A DNA stretch of 64,000 nt from Candidatus Heimdallarchaeota archaeon (GTDB taxonomy: Archaea > Asgardarchaeota > Heimdallarchaeia > JABLTI01). Below are positions 29,753 through 40,572 of the stretch, piece after piece. The notes below the pieces were generated by a model. The model saw nothing but the letters and a program-made list of their open reading frames with translations, searched no databases and was not told the origin of the DNA. The number at the start of each line of letters is the position of its first letter. The stretch's first letter is position 1. Both the position numbers and the translations under genes were made by a program. The stretch spans positions 352,001 to 416,000 of the forward strand of contig JABCTZ010000036.1 of NCBI GenBank assembly GCA_018238155.1, read 5' to 3'.

Positions 29753-31521
29753 TGTAAATAACCTTCCATACCTTTCTGTAATAATTCTGAAAAGAGGGAT
29801 TGTGGATTTTTCACTAATTCCGCTCTTGACCCTGCTTCAATTATTTTTCCTTTCCCAAGAATGATGATATCATCGACTTTTTCTAATGTTGGCAGTCGAT
29901 GTGCGATAATAATTGCACTTCTTCCTTGTAGGAGCTTTTCAAGTGCTTGGTCAACTTGTCGTTCTGTTGCAGGATCGAGTCTTGAGGAAGCTTCATCAAG
30001 GATGACTATTTTTGGATCCTTCAAAAATGCTCGAGTAAGTGCCAGTAATTGTTCCTCACCTGCAGAGAGTCCCAACTCATCTGAGTAGACAATCGTTTCA
30101 AGACCATTTGGTAAGCTTTCATACCATTCTTTTAACCCTAATTCATGTATAACATCAATAATCTCTTCATCAGAGATTTCTTTGTTGAAGAAAGTAATAT
30201 TATCTTTAATGGATGCCTTAAAGAGCTCAACATCTTGAGTGACGTAAGCAATATTTTTTCGTAATTCATGAAGTGGGAATTCTGCTACCTTGAAACCATT
30301 GACAGTTATGTTTCCTTCATTTGGTTCATATAATCGAAAAATCAAACGAGCAATGGTTGTTTTACCACTCCCTGTTTTTCCAACCAAACCGATTTTTTTC
30401 CCTGGTTGTAAGTCAAAATTGATGCCTTGTAAAACTAGGTTCTCTTCTTTGTAACCAAAGGATAATTTTTCAAAGGTAAGATTGACATTCTTCTCTGGAA
30501 AAGAGCGTTCTCCCAGATTCTCTATTTTACTTTTGATATCGAAAAATTCCTTTATACGGTCAATATTTGCAATTGAATTTTGCATCATATCAATTTGCCA
30601 AATTATTAGACGGATGGGCCAAATAAGTGTGGCTGCATAGGATAAGAGAAGGTACAATTGACCAATGTCTGCTCCTAACGGGACAGCGAAATAAGCAAAA
30701 GCAACGAGAATTGCAATATTAATTACTGCTCTCATTAAAACCACTAAGAGAAAATAAACACGAGAATAGAGTGTAGAATTAATTCTATCTGTATAATTAA
30801 CTTTGGAATGATCAAGGAACCGTTTCATAATATAGCTACTACCTGCATTTGGTTGAATGTCTTCTAAACCAGATACATTTTCTTCAACATTGCCAAATAA
30901 TGCTGTAGTAGATTCTCGAACCTTTTTCCAATAGGGTGCAACAACATTTCGTACCAAAAATATCGCAATAAATGCGATAAAAGTATAGGCTAGAAAAATG
31001 ACTCCATAAATCCATCCTTCTATGAAGATTGCAATGATTATCCCAATAATGATAAGAAAACTTCCAAGGAAAAAAATACTGAAAGTACTAAAGAACTCGG
31101 ATAAGGTAGTCGCATCACCATCAATTCGCTCAATCATTTCGCCGGTTTTTTTCTGGTTGTGAAAAGTCATATCTAAATTAATACAATGGAAAGCTAAGTC
31201 TACTCGTAAATCGTTTGTTGTCAACCAAGCTAATTTTATGCTAACAAATCGAATGAAAACCATCAAGCTTCTATACAAAAGGCTAACTCCAATATAAATT
31301 AGGGATATTGTTAAGAGAAATTGAAAATCAAGTGTACTTGATAGTGCAGCATTAATGTAGGTTCTAAGAATTTGAGGAAGAAAGATATTCAATACATTAT
31401 ACACAATGATTGTTAGAGATAAAATTACTACTAATTTTACATAGGGTTTCAAGTACTTTTTTAGTAACGACATTGTGTACTTCATTGTTGGCGACATGTT
31501 TTTTTCTTCCTTATTTAGCAT
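29749..31521 (-). CDS. ABC exporter half-transporter (TMD+NBD), heterodimer partner
   Basis: GKTGSGKT, LSAGEEQ, ILDEASS, AHRL. Confidence 0.92.
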   Translation of the reverse strand: MLNKEEKNMSPTMKYTMSLLKKYLKPYVKLVVILSLTIIVYNVLNIFLPQILRTYINAALSSTLDFQFLLTISLIYIGVSLLYRSLMVFIRFVSIKLAWLTTNDLRVDLAFHCINLDMTFHNQKKTGEMIERIDGDATTLSEFFSTFSIFFLGSFLIIIGIIIAIFIEGWIYGVIFLAYTFIAFIAIFLVRNVVAPYWKKVRESTTALFGNVEENVSGLEDIQPNAGSSYIMKRFLDHSKVNYTDRINSTLYSRVYFLLVVLMRAVINIAILVAFAYFAVPLGADIGQLYLLLSYAATLIWPIRLIIWQIDMMQNSIANIDRIKEFFDIKSKIENLGERSFPEKNVNLTFEKLSFGYKEENLVLQGINFDLQPGKKIGLVGKTGSGKTTIARLIFRLYEPNEGNITVNGFKVAEFPLHELRKNIAYVTQDVELFKASIKDNITFFNKEISDEEIIDVIHELGLKEWYESLPNGLETIVYSDELGLSAGEEQLLALTRAFLKDPKIVILDEASSRLDPATERQVDQALEKLLQGRSAIIIAHRLPTLEKVDDIIILGKGKIIEAGSRAELVKNPQSLFSELLQKGMEGYLQ

Positions 31522-31703
31522 AGTTCTCTTAAGATTGTTACTTAAGACAAATTGATGACGAAAGAAACGTCTTTTTTTCTAAAAGAAACCAATCTTGTTT
31601 TAATAATTTTGGTTTGTGTCATAAGGTTAAAGCATTATGTTAGATATGATAATTTTGCAAAGATCATTTAACACAAACATTAGCTTTAAGATTTGACCAA
31701 TAT

Positions 31704-32948
31704 TCAATCAGAAGTTTTCTTTATTTTAATAACCTTTTTTTTCTTAGTGATATTTCTCCGCGTATAGGAGGTTTTTCTTGTTTTCGGATAGATGCCTGAT
31801 GTAGTTTTAACCTTATTTTGTAATAAATCAAACGCAAAAGCTGAAGTAGAGAAAGTAGTTGCATCAATTGTTTTAGCAATTTCTGCTAATTCTTCATCAA
31901 ACATTCGTACAAATAATTCGATGTGAGGATATTTCTTCTTAACTGCCACAGTTAGAATGATTGCATCTGAGAATAGTTCTTCTGTGTTCCAACAGATATA
32001 CATTTGAGAGATTTTGCTCATATCACACCTTTCTTCTAAGTTTTCAACAAATTGCACTCTTTCCTCAAAAGGGTGAACACTTTGTACATCATTGTATACT
32101 TCTGCATCAATCTTTGGATCAATAAGATAGACATCGCTTTGTAAATGGGTGCCAAAATAATCAACCATTCGAACAACAATACTATCATTTCCTAAAACAA
32201 TTATACTGTCATCTTTTGTGATTTTTTCACTCCATTTCACAACAGAGTTCATTGTCCACTTAGATAAAGAAAATGTAAATGCATTCCATGGTTCGCTAGT
32301 GAGATACTCTCTAAAATGGTCATTAAAAACTCGCATATATAGGTCACATGTACTGTTCAGTTCTCTAACTTTTACTGCTGCAATTAAAGCTCTTCGGAGG
32401 TCACTTGTGACGCAAATGACTTCCTTACATTTTTCCACAGCGGCAAGTTTTACAATATCAATATCTGTGTAATCCCCAACAACTACAGGTTGATGAAAAT
32501 TAATTAGATCCTCAACTTTGCCTATATCTATTTCAACTACAGAATACGGTTGATTATTCTCTCTCAGATATTCTACCACGCGCTTTCCTAAATGGTTGCA
32601 TCCTAAGACTACTGTGTGATTTGATTTTCGAGAAGATAATTTCCTAGAACTCAATACTGGATTATATCCATAGAATTCCTGCAATGTTGTTAGAATAAAT
32701 GTTAAGATAAGCAATTCAAATAGTAAAGGCCAAATAAATTGGTACAAACTGTTCAAGGTTTCATTTGCTTCAATTGGTTTTACACAGATAGATTTCAATA
32801 AAATTACTAGAAAATTCTTATCTGTTTCAATGATAAGAAAAGTAATTATTCCTGCTATCCAAAACAAAATAAAAATAATAAATGGTAATCTAAATTGTTT
32901 TAATTGATTACCAAATGTTCTCAATCTGCTGCGTGATTTCATACTCAA
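31704..32948 (-). CDS. Membrane protein with two RCK/TrkA-N domains
   Basis: 2 TM helices then HTVVLGCNHLG and IIVLGNDSI Rossmann units. Confidence 0.75.
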   Translation of the reverse strand: MSMKSRSRLRTFGNQLKQFRLPFIIFILFWIAGIITFLIIETDKNFLVILLKSICVKPIEANETLNSLYQFIWPLLFELLILTFILTTLQEFYGYNPVLSSRKLSSRKSNHTVVLGCNHLGKRVVEYLRENNQPYSVVEIDIGKVEDLINFHQPVVVGDYTDIDIVKLAAVEKCKEVICVTSDLRRALIAAVKVRELNSTCDLYMRVFNDHFREYLTSEPWNAFTFSLSKWTMNSVVKWSEKITKDDSIIVLGNDSIVVRMVDYFGTHLQSDVYLIDPKIDAEVYNDVQSVHPFEERVQFVENLEERCDMSKISQMYICWNTEELFSDAIILTVAVKKKYPHIELFVRMFDEELAEIAKTIDATTFSTSAFAFDLLQNKVKTTSGIYPKTRKTSYTRRNITKKKKVIKIKKTSD

Positions 32949-33175
32949 TTATTAAACAGTGGAAATATATTAAAGATTGTGAAATAACCTTTGAAAATCC
33001 ACTTTCAATTATCAAATAAGAAAATATAGCCAACAATTTTTTTTATTGATTAATTCATACTTTTATTACAATTGCAGCCATTTTTTCTCAATCTGGTGAG
33101 AATACTTTTTTAGTTAGATGAAAATTATTTACTCTCTACTTAATATTCCATTGATGAATAAATAAAGTTGATTGT

Positions 33176-34138
33176 ATGACTACCTCAATTAATAGTTCAG
33201 AAGACAAAAACAACTCTTTCAATTTTAAAAAAACTAAATTCAAATACACTGTTGTTTCAGTAAAATTTTTCGACGAACTCCAAAATGATTTGGATAAATT
33301 GCATCGAGATGAAAATCTTAGCACTCATAAAAATTTCCGGGTATACCTTGATAAGATGAAGTTTGCCCTTCCTGAAGATTTTCCTTCAGCAAAGTATGTT
33401 ATTCTTTTAGTTCGAGAAACGAAGCTCGGTTTAATTGATCTAAATTATAAAGGCAAAAAACATCAGATAATGATATCCCCTGGTTATTTTGGTAGTTCGA
33501 AATATGGTCAAAATGAACTGATCGATTACGTAAAGTCAAATATTATTAGGAGCACTGATTATAGACTTGAACCTGTAACCGGTAATTTACACATAAAGTC
33601 CATAACCGTTAGAAGTGGGTTAGGTCGATACGGTCGAAATAATTTATGCTATGTTGATGAGATGGGCAGCTTTATTGTAATACGTGCATTCCTCACAGAT
33701 TTCGATTTTAATGACGAAACATTCTTTGATATGAAATTAATGGCTGCTTGTGAGAATTGTCGACTATGTGTTACAAAATGTCCAACTGAAGCGATTACTG
33801 GTGATAATTCACCAATTGATGTTGATAGATGTATCACTCTCTATAATGAAAATCTTGGCGAACTTCCAGAATGGATAGATCACTCGGTATACAATGCCTT
33901 GTTTGGTTGTATGAGATGTCAAATGTATTGTCCTGTCAATAAAGATGTAATGAAGAATTCCCACCATTTAGGTGAGCTCTCAGAAGATGAAACAATGGTA
34001 CTATTGAACGGCACAAAAAATAGCCCTTTGCTTGATTCTATAAGTGAGAAGCTACAAATCCCTATTGCCAAACATCCTGACTATTATCTATCTGTGATTC
34101 AAAGAAATCTTAAAATGTTGTTAGAAAAGAACTGTTAG
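33176..34138 (+). CDS. QueG/reductive-dehalogenase-like cobalamin Fe-S protein
   Basis: SGLGRYGRNN, CENCRLCVTKCPTEAI, RCIT, GCMRCQMYCP. Confidence 0.8.
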   Translation: MTTSINSSEDKNNSFNFKKTKFKYTVVSVKFFDELQNDLDKLHRDENLSTHKNFRVYLDKMKFALPEDFPSAKYVILLVRETKLGLIDLNYKGKKHQIMISPGYFGSSKYGQNELIDYVKSNIIRSTDYRLEPVTGNLHIKSITVRSGLGRYGRNNLCYVDEMGSFIVIRAFLTDFDFNDETFFDMKLMAACENCRLCVTKCPTEAITGDNSPIDVDRCITLYNENLGELPEWIDHSVYNALFGCMRCQMYCPVNKDVMKNSHHLGELSEDETMVLLNGTKNSPLLDSISEKLQIPIAKHPDYYLSVIQRNLKMLLEKNC

Positions 34139-34338
34139 TAGTTTTTTTCATGTTAAATCATTGATTTAGATATCTTTATTTACATTAAAATGTAATACAA
34201 TTACAGACAAGCAATCGAGATTAGCGGTTACGATATATCAGATACTTACCTCTCTGAAACAATCTCACCAATAGTCGCAAAGGAAGGCATTCGTACTTCT
34301 GCAAGGTTGAATTGTCACTTTACAAAGAGGTATAGCTG

Positions 34339-35949
34339 ATGAAAAATAATGCTCGCAAAGAGATATTAGAACAAATTGCAGAAGGAAATGTTTCTGCAGA
34401 TGAAGGTTTTAGACTTCTTCAAAAATTAGAGCGTGCAGATGCTGAGATTTCACGTCTGGTTAACATTAATTCTAATACAACTGTTTCTATGGATATTTTC
34501 GATGAAATATCTACAAACATTGCACCATATGTTAAACCGGAATTTCTACTTGCATTACGCGAAATTAATCATGAAGAAGGTATAACTCACTATGAGTTAA
34601 AAGAATTCATTTTGAAAGAACTCAATAATGATTACACAAAAGCAATAGCTAAATATGGCTACAAGAAACTCTCGAGAGACGATTTGTACAGCTTTCTAAC
34701 AAATGGTATTACACCTGAATACTTGTATGAATTGAAAAGATGTGGATATAATGATATTCCAATTTCTCAATTAATCAAAATGGGCATCCATAATGTCGAT
34801 GCTGATTTTATTGATGATTTGAAGGATCAAGGTTATAAAGATCTGTCTCCAAATCAGCTAGTAAAAATGTCTCTACGAGATGTCACACCCGACTTTATTT
34901 CTACGTTAAAAGAACTCGGTTATTACAATCTTTCAGTTAATCAATTAGTGAAGCTTCAGAGTGCAGGGATAACTGCTAGATACATTATTGAACTTGAAAA
35001 AGCAGGATTTCGTGAACTTGCTCCTAGTATTTTGTTAAGTTTAATAACTGCAGGTGTAGATAAGGATTTTATCAAAAAAGCACGAAAGGAATTTGGTAAA
35101 GATGTTCCCTTAAATCAAATTCTGAAAATGAAAAAATATGGTGTAACTGATTCTTTCGTAAAAGAAATGAAAAGTTTGGGTTATGATAATCTCTCTCCAA
35201 ATCGCTTTGTTGAATTGAAAAAGAGTGGCGTAGATACAGGTCCAATAACAAATTTGGAATCTCTAGGGTACTCTAATATTTCAGTCGATACTCTAATGGA
35301 TTTACAAAATCATGATGTTAAATTTAATTTTATCAAAAAAGTTCTTGATACCGGATTACAAGTCAAGAATTTAGAAGATTTTATTGAACTTTCAAATCAT
35401 GATGTTTCACTTCAATACATTGAACAAGTGATGAAATTAGATCTAAAGATCAAAAACGTTGATGATCTTATCGAACTCTCGAATCACGATGTTTCTATCG
35501 AATATATTCAGAAATTAAAAGATAGCAAAATTCGAATAAAAGATATCGATGAATTGGTAGAATTAGCAAGCCATAGCGTAACTCCAGAATATATTACTAT
35601 GATTCAGAATTCCGGAGTAAAAAAAATCGACTTAGATGATCTAATTGAATTGGCTAGTCACAGTATATCTCCTCAATTTATCATTGATTTACAACAATCA
35701 GGCTATCGCAAATTTGACATTGATGATATGATAGAATTACATGATCATGGTATAGATGTTAAATTCATCACAAAAATAGCTGGATTAGGGTATTCAAAAC
35801 TCGACGCAGATCAGTTAATCGAATTTCATGAACATAACATCGATGCAGATTTCATTCAAGCACTAAAGAAAAAAGGAATAAAGAACCTCACTCCAGACAA
35901 ACTCATTGAAGCAAAAGAAAATGATTTATTGAATTTCTTTGATGATTAA
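34339..35949 (+). CDS. SHOCT-like N-terminus plus about 14 tandem 29-aa helical repeats
   Basis: RKEILEQIAEGNVSADEGFRLL, then L..D.LIEL..H.V...FI..L...GY.. units. Confidence 0.75.
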   Translation: MKNNARKEILEQIAEGNVSADEGFRLLQKLERADAEISRLVNINSNTTVSMDIFDEISTNIAPYVKPEFLLALREINHEEGITHYELKEFILKELNNDYTKAIAKYGYKKLSRDDLYSFLTNGITPEYLYELKRCGYNDIPISQLIKMGIHNVDADFIDDLKDQGYKDLSPNQLVKMSLRDVTPDFISTLKELGYYNLSVNQLVKLQSAGITARYIIELEKAGFRELAPSILLSLITAGVDKDFIKKARKEFGKDVPLNQILKMKKYGVTDSFVKEMKSLGYDNLSPNRFVELKKSGVDTGPITNLESLGYSNISVDTLMDLQNHDVKFNFIKKVLDTGLQVKNLEDFIELSNHDVSLQYIEQVMKLDLKIKNVDDLIELSNHDVSIEYIQKLKDSKIRIKDIDELVELASHSVTPEYITMIQNSGVKKIDLDDLIELASHSISPQFIIDLQQSGYRKFDIDDMIELHDHGIDVKFITKIAGLGYSKLDADQLIEFHEHNIDADFIQALKKKGIKNLTPDKLIEAKENDLLNFFDD

Positions 35950-35967
35950 AAAAAAAAGAATCATAAA

Positions 35968-36005
35968 CAAAAAAAGGATAAATAAAAATCAAAGTCCTTT
36001 TTTTG
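35968..36005. terminator. Probable bidirectional terminator between convergent genes
   Basis: CAAAAAAAGGA-N16-TCCTTTTTTTG flanked by A and T runs. Confidence 0.5.
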
Positions 36006-36070
36006 CCTTTTTTTTTGTCCATAAAAAAGCAATTATTTAAAAGTATTTTTTAACACAAAAAAAACGATTT

Positions 36071-37270
36071 CTACTTTTGTAAATCTTCAATAGAACCCAC
36101 AATAATATTTCGCATACATACAGGGCATTTACCTTGTGTTTTAATCCATTCGAAGAGATGTGTAAGATGTGCTTTGGATTCACAATGGGGGCATTGACCT
36201 ATATCTTGATTTTGTGAAATAGGTAGTTTACATACTGAGCATTTCAAAACTTCTTCTTTACAATTTGAGCAAACTTTTTGAGTCTTTGATATTGATCCCC
36301 CACAAAGATAACACACAAGAGCTTTTTTTGTTTCTTGATAATCAAACAAATTATCTATTTCAGCTCGAAATTGAGAATCAAATACCAACATCTTTTGTAG
36401 CTCTTTCTCTTGTCGTCCTCTTTCGTTTATGATTAAATGTCTTGATCCACTTTTACTGTCAAGTCGGGCAATCCAAAATAAATGGTAAAAAGTATCTATA
36501 TTTTTAAATTCTATTATTTTGAAATCCTTTTTAATTTTCAAAGCATTTCTCATACCAAGAAACCATTGTCTTTTGAATTTCTCAACAATATTATTTTGTA
36601 TAGCAATTTTACCATTTGCTTCCTTTCTCAATTTTCTTGTTTGATTTCTAAAATCAGATACTTGTTGCTTGTATTCTTTATATTCCGGTGTAGATTTATT
36701 TGAGGAGTATTTTTCAGCATTTTTTTGAGCTATTTCTGCTTTCTGCTGAAGTGCTTCCGCTTCAATGAATAATGGTTGTACTTCTTCTTTGGTTTTTTCT
36801 AAATCTAATACTAATTCATCATGCCGGTGTATATAAATTTCAAATAAGCTAGTATAAACAATACTTGGATCTAAAAATTGCAATACTGGCACTTTAGTTG
36901 TGTACATACCGATAAGTTGTAGAAGTCTTTTTTTCTCTTTAGAATAGATTGATGTTAGTGCTACTCTTCCACCTTTATCCAATAAAAGTTTCTCAACAAA
37001 AGGTAATGAAAATTTTCCAAGCATAAAATTACTTTTTGAATTAATTTTGGTAGACTCGTCAATCAGTGAATTCTGTTTTGAGTAATTAATCTCAAATTGC
37101 CTTACTGGCCATAAAATCGGTTTGAGATAGATCAACTTCTCAATAATTCTTCGGTGTAAGAGTCCTCCTTTCTTTCGATGTCTTTCGACTATTTCTACAA
37201 TTTTTGCTCTCACTAAATCGTTCTGAATAATTCTATAGCTCATACGGGAAGACTCCAGGAGAAAATTCAT
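36071..37270 (-). CDS. Coiled-coil protein with C-terminal Zn ribbon and RING-like domain
   Basis: CSVC-x12-CPHC-x4-HLTH..W..CPVC. Confidence 0.75.
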   Translation of the reverse strand: MNFLLESSRMSYRIIQNDLVRAKIVEIVERHRKKGGLLHRRIIEKLIYLKPILWPVRQFEINYSKQNSLIDESTKINSKSNFMLGKFSLPFVEKLLLDKGGRVALTSIYSKEKKRLLQLIGMYTTKVPVLQFLDPSIVYTSLFEIYIHRHDELVLDLEKTKEEVQPLFIEAEALQQKAEIAQKNAEKYSSNKSTPEYKEYKQQVSDFRNQTRKLRKEANGKIAIQNNIVEKFKRQWFLGMRNALKIKKDFKIIEFKNIDTFYHLFWIARLDSKSGSRHLIINERGRQEKELQKMLVFDSQFRAEIDNLFDYQETKKALVCYLCGGSISKTQKVCSNCKEEVLKCSVCKLPISQNQDIGQCPHCESKAHLTHLFEWIKTQGKCPVCMRNIIVGSIEDLQK

Positions 37271-37429
37271 CTACATATTTTACGCAAGTTTGTTTTACAA
37301 GCAAAATTAAATAGATATTCATATTATTTAAACATGATATAATCTTTCTGTTTGAAGAAAACAATCCTTTATCTTTTGTTTGGCAGCAATTACTAATTGT
37401 TTTTATGTAGATTTGTTTTTACTTTCAGT

Positions 37430-38176
37430 ATGGTAAAGATTGTTTATTGCTCGGTATGCGGCAAAATGTTACATGGTATTGAACGGAAATGTAGTTATTG
37501 TATGATACCATTATGTAAGAAACATTGTGTGAATGGCCTCTGTCCAGATCATCAACACACAATGACCGCAAAACAGTCAAAACAACTTGGAAGCCAAACA
37601 AATTCCTCACTTTGGTTTCTTGTTTGTGCTTGTCCAATAATTGCATTTGCACTTTTCTTTGGTATAGTTGGTTTGCTTACACCAACGGGCAGGACCTTTG
37701 GCATTATTAGTATGGGAATTTTTATTGTTGCTCTTGCTATAACTATTCTAGTTCAAAGAAGGAGTAAAAGATTGACTACTGAAGTTCATGCTGAAATAGA
37801 GCGAGATCAACAGCAGTTAGTTAGTATTTGCCCAAATTGTGGTGGTCCTATTATGGCCAATAATTCTTCTTGTTCAAATTGTGGAATGACTGTTAATCAT
37901 TCATCACAACAATCAGTGCCACCTCAACAAAATGCTAGAAATGAACATGAACATCACATTCCTCCTCCTCCCCCTGGTTGGACACCTAATCAACAAATCG
38001 ATAGAGGCTTGCAAGAAATAGCCAATGCAAATCCTGGATCCAAAATTGAAGTCACAAGTTATTATGATGAAGCAACAAATTCTGGATTTCACATTTGTAA
38101 GCATTGTAACATTAGATTTGAAACAAAAGGTGATACTATAGAGTGTCCCCATTGTCGAAAATCATTATATGGATAA
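37430..38176 (+). CDS. Membrane protein with multiple Zn fingers
   Basis: CSVC/CSYC..CKKH, 2 TM helices, CPNC/CSNC, poly-Pro, CKHC/CPHC. Confidence 0.65.
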   Translation: MVKIVYCSVCGKMLHGIERKCSYCMIPLCKKHCVNGLCPDHQHTMTAKQSKQLGSQTNSSLWFLVCACPIIAFALFFGIVGLLTPTGRTFGIISMGIFIVALAITILVQRRSKRLTTEVHAEIERDQQQLVSICPNCGGPIMANNSSCSNCGMTVNHSSQQSVPPQQNARNEHEHHIPPPPPGWTPNQQIDRGLQEIANANPGSKIEVTSYYDEATNSGFHICKHCNIRFETKGDTIECPHCRKSLYG

Positions 38177-38245
38177 TTCAAATCTTTTATTGCTTTTTTT
38201 TCTTAAATACAAAGGTACCAGTTTTCTACTAGTAATTTTCTAAAT

Positions 38246-38797
38246 TCATTTCTCACTATTTGTTGTTCCTAAGAATTGGTATATTTCTTTTAATGGTAGA
38301 TGATCGGCTATACTGTTTCCATAATAGGCTCGTTTAATAACTAAATTTTCAATTAAGAAATCCGCAGGTACTAAATTTACTTGCCCTTCCCTTTTACCTG
38401 TTTTAAATCCTTTTTTATGCGCTTTATTCAAAGTTTTTGTCAGGCCACCTTTTATGAATTTTATCCATGATTTTTCTACACCAAACAACTTGTAGATTTT
38501 TCTTTCTGGATCAGGGATTAAGGGAAATGGCACTTCTTGCTTACCAACATATTGTTCCATACTTTCCATTGAAGATTGGAAGAAAGCAATGATGAATAAT
38601 CCTTTCTCTTTTAGTGCATCATATTCTTGAATGAGTTGACTGATTCGTAAGTTACACAAAGCACAAGAAGCGTATCTAAAAAACGAGAGTAGTAATTTCT
38701 TCTCTTTGTAATCTTCTAAGTTAATGTTGTTTCCTTCAAAATCCGTTACAGAGAATAACTTTGCTTTGTTTCCTTCCTTCAGTCTCATTTTAATCAA
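38246..38797 (-). CDS. AhpC/TSA peroxiredoxin-like redoxin
   Basis: FFRYASCALCN, DPER, PADFLI. Confidence 0.85.
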   Translation of the reverse strand: MIKMRLKEGNKAKLFSVTDFEGNNINLEDYKEKKLLLSFFRYASCALCNLRISQLIQEYDALKEKGLFIIAFFQSSMESMEQYVGKQEVPFPLIPDPERKIYKLFGVEKSWIKFIKGGLTKTLNKAHKKGFKTGKREGQVNLVPADFLIENLVIKRAYYGNSIADHLPLKEIYQFLGTTNSEK

Positions 38798-38932
38798 TTA
38801 GTGATTAATGATAGTTTGAATTAAAGATGTTGGTTAAGATAATGCTGTGGAAGTTTCAATAAATTGTTTTTTACAAGTTTATTAATCAATTTTTTATTAA
38901 ATGTTTATAATATTGAATAACATGCTAATTTC

Positions 38933-39682
38933 ATGAAAGATAACAACAAAAATTCTTTACTACTAGTAGAAATTTTATCCTCACCATGGTCAACAACAGA
39001 CTACTCTGGTGAGAAAGTAAAAATTACCGGTATGAAAAAATCAGACACAGTTGAGATCAAAGTTTCTGAAATAGATCTGATTGCAAAAATGTTAGAGCAT
39101 GAAGATCCGAAAATACAAATTGGTGCCAAGAAAATTCTCGGTTTGTTTGGTGAAAATGCTAATGCTTACATCAAGCAAATATCAAAGAATTTTAAGCGAT
39201 TTGATGAAAAGGAGCAAATTGAGATAATACTTTCGTTACGAAGAATTGGAACAGAAGAAGCACTAAATGAAATAGGATTAATGATTGATACTAAACCGTC
39301 ATATGATGTTTTGTTTGATACTATCTATTATCTAAGTGAATTGTTAGAAGATTTTCCTGTTTTGGGTCTATCAACTATTTTGAAATGTTCCAATAATAGA
39401 GATATGTGGATAATGCTTGAAGGAAGCTTTAGGGAATCTCTGATTGTTGGTCAAGATCCAAATCGAGAAGCACTCAATGATCTTTCAACCAAAATAAAAC
39501 GTGAACCACCAATTGGTATAAGTCAAGAAATGGAGAAAGACCGGATTCAATTAGATTATACATTTGATAGAATAGCAGAAACAGTAATTCTAATATTTCA
39601 ATTGGAAAAAAGCACTAAAAAAGAGGAAAGCAAAGAAGCCAAAAAATTACTTAAAAGAATAAAATCACTGGTTAAAGATTGA
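38933..39682 (+). CDS. HEAT-repeat-like hypothetical protein
   Basis: LEHEDPKIQIGAKKILG, LRRIGTEEAL. Confidence 0.55.
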   Translation: MKDNNKNSLLLVEILSSPWSTTDYSGEKVKITGMKKSDTVEIKVSEIDLIAKMLEHEDPKIQIGAKKILGLFGENANAYIKQISKNFKRFDEKEQIEIILSLRRIGTEEALNEIGLMIDTKPSYDVLFDTIYYLSELLEDFPVLGLSTILKCSNNRDMWIMLEGSFRESLIVGQDPNREALNDLSTKIKREPPIGISQEMEKDRIQLDYTFDRIAETVILIFQLEKSTKKEESKEAKKLLKRIKSLVKD

Positions 39683-39981
39683 ATGAAATAGTTTGTCTGA
39701 AGAAGGTTTTTACTTAGTGCTAATAGCTTTTTTTCTGAAATTTTTTGATTAAATTCTATAATCAATATTTTTCTTCGATTCCTATACCAAACAAAGAATA
39801 CAATCGATAATACAAGGAAAAAAATAATTGGAATGGTTAAAGTCTAGTAAAGTTGAATCTAGTTCAAACAAATAACAAATCTCCTAATACATGTCTCATT
39901 GTTTTGAAAGTTAAAAATATTAACATTTTTTAAGAAAATTTTATAGTGTCATATTAAAAACTGTTAATGAGATGATTTCAG

Positions 39982-40467
39982 ATGAAAATTGGTATAATTA
40001 TCTGTAGCCGGTATCAAACATGTGATGGTGGGAAGTGTTTTCGAGCAGTTAATAATCGTGAAGGTGCATTCCGAAGATATTCAAAAGATGAACCCTTAGA
40101 AGTTGTTGTTTTCACTTCTTGTGGTGGTTGTCCTGGAGGCAATATTGAAATTACTGCTGCTAATGGAGCAAAGAAATATGGTGCAGAAGCAATTCATCTT
40201 GCGACTGGTCTTTTAGCTGGTTATCCTCCTTGCAAATATCTGTCAACACATATTAAATTTCTAAAAGAACAAACAGGTTTACCTGTCATTGTTGGCACTC
40301 ATCCAATGCCTACTAACTATATTACTATGCATAAGAAGGTTGGTGATTGGTCAAAACACCATCTCGAGTTAATGGAAAAATTCGATCTTCTTCACCCCGA
40401 AGAAACAGTAAAATATGATTCCACTCGTCCTGATTACGTTTCTATATTACAGAAAGAAGTGAAGTAA
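39982..40467 (+). CDS. CGGC domain protein
   Basis: MKIGIIIC, CDGGKC, SCGGCPG, VIVGTH. Confidence 0.9.
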   Translation: MKIGIIICSRYQTCDGGKCFRAVNNREGAFRRYSKDEPLEVVVFTSCGGCPGGNIEITAANGAKKYGAEAIHLATGLLAGYPPCKYLSTHIKFLKEQTGLPVIVGTHPMPTNYITMHKKVGDWSKHHLELMEKFDLLHPEETVKYDSTRPDYVSILQKEVK

Positions 40468-40572
40468 ATTCACTTTATCTCGAATTTTTTTCTTTTAGTA
40501 TTTACTATCAAAAGATTAAATTTCTACTTAAGCATATATTTAATGTAATTTATGTATCGAAGATGATTATTA

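Noticed and set aside
33176-34138. Gene symbol queG
   Set aside because: Family resemblance only; queuosine function is not supported in this context
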